Origin: Chloroflexota bacterium
GTDB taxonomy: Bacteria > Chloroflexota > UBA11872 > VXOZ01
Assembly (NCBI GenBank): GCA_963662335.2
Contig: CAXXVD010000001.1
Location: forward strand, 576,001 to 640,000
Length of the DNA: 64,000 nucleotides
Direction: 5' to 3'
In this document: positions 63,463-64,000 of the stretch, piece after piece
Layout: each line of letters opens with the position of its first letter
How positions within the stretch are numbered: position 1 is the first letter of the stretch
Program-made: the position numbers and the translations under genes
The notes under the pieces: model-generated
What the model was told of the DNA's origin: nothing
The model's database searches: none
What the model saw: only the letters and a program-made list of their open reading frames with translations

Positions 63463-64000
63463 ATGACTGCCCAGCAACAGCGACCCTTCATCTTCGACGC
63501 CGCCGCCCTGGCGAGCTTTCTGCTCATCGCGCTGGTCTTCCTTTGGAAGTCGGTCCTGGGGCAGGGCGTAATCGCCAGCGCCGACCTGGTCTTGCTGTTC
63601 TACCCGTACAAGGCGTACGCGCGCGAGTTGCTCAGCCAAGGCGAGGCGCCCCTCTGGAATCCCCTCGTCTACTTGGGCGCGCCGCTGCTCGCCAACATCC
63701 AGGCGGGCATACTCTATCCGCCGAACGTGCTCTTTCTGCTCTTCTCGTTTCCTGCCGCGCTCACGTGGAGCGTGCTGCTGCACGTCTGGTGGGCGCTGGC
63801 CGGCATGTATCTCTTCTTGCGGCATGGGCTGGGCGTCACCGTCTTCGCGGCGTGGATCGGCGCGTTGTGTTTCGGCGCGGGCGGCTTCCTGCTGCCGCAC
63901 GTGGAGCAACTGAATCTGGCGCACACCGCCGTGTGGCTGCCGTGGCTGCTGCTCTGTGCGCGCCGCGCCAGCGTGCCGCCGGCCGCCGCGTGGCTGCTGT
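63463..64000 (+). CDS. YfhO-like (GT-C) membrane protein, partial (runs off window end)
   Basis: Manual translation from ATG 63463: ..DLVLLFYPYK..GEAPLWNPLVYLGAPLLANIQAGILYPPN, followed by TM helices. Confidence 0.75.
   Translation, partial: MTAQQQRPFIFDAAALASFLLIALVFLWKSVLGQGVIASADLVLLFYPYKAYARELLSQGEAPLWNPLVYLGAPLLANIQAGILYPPNVLFLLFSFPAALTWSVLLHVWWALAGMYLFLRHGLGVTVFAAWIGALCFGAGGFLLPHVEQLNLAHTAVWLPWLLLCARRASVPPAAAWLL

Overview
High-GC bacterial chromosome segment. It is probably Chloroflexota, an inference from gene content: DUF6062-like and YfhO/GT-C proteins, a glycoside hydrolase-O-antigen ligase fusion, orphan Tat/lipoprotein solute-binding proteins and dense REP-like palindromes. The backbone is housekeeping and catabolic: alaS (partial), mnmA, aroF-ahpD-like-aroA, pstSCAB, hflX, rmd-like/PGM/tmk, an ABC-2 exporter, guaA, two creatininase-family genes, tartrate dehydrogenase, dxr-rseP and an iron-containing ADH. 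The standout is a ~9 kb, more AT-rich block (36722-45733) next to the guaA 3' end. It holds six tandem TolB-like (PD40 beta-propeller) lipoprotein paralogs, each preceded by the same ~50-bp motif, whose 35-bp core is identical in three copies. The six C-terminal halves alternate strictly A-B-A-B-A-B. The genes show module swapping and near-identical 3'-end/intergenic tracts, and the orphan 3' tail of a seventh copy sits at the left edge. Together this suggests a recombination-diversified surface-protein cassette array. Other observations: a Phe/Tyr leader-peptide attenuator upstream of aroF, REP palindromes translated in frame inside four genes, tandem 20-22 bp echoes of REP ends, a standalone ABC-ATPase/TOPRIM candidate defence gene, and a possible ATT start for guaA. 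No rRNA, tRNA, CRISPR array, integrase or transposase was recognised. All calls are by eye, with no database searches.
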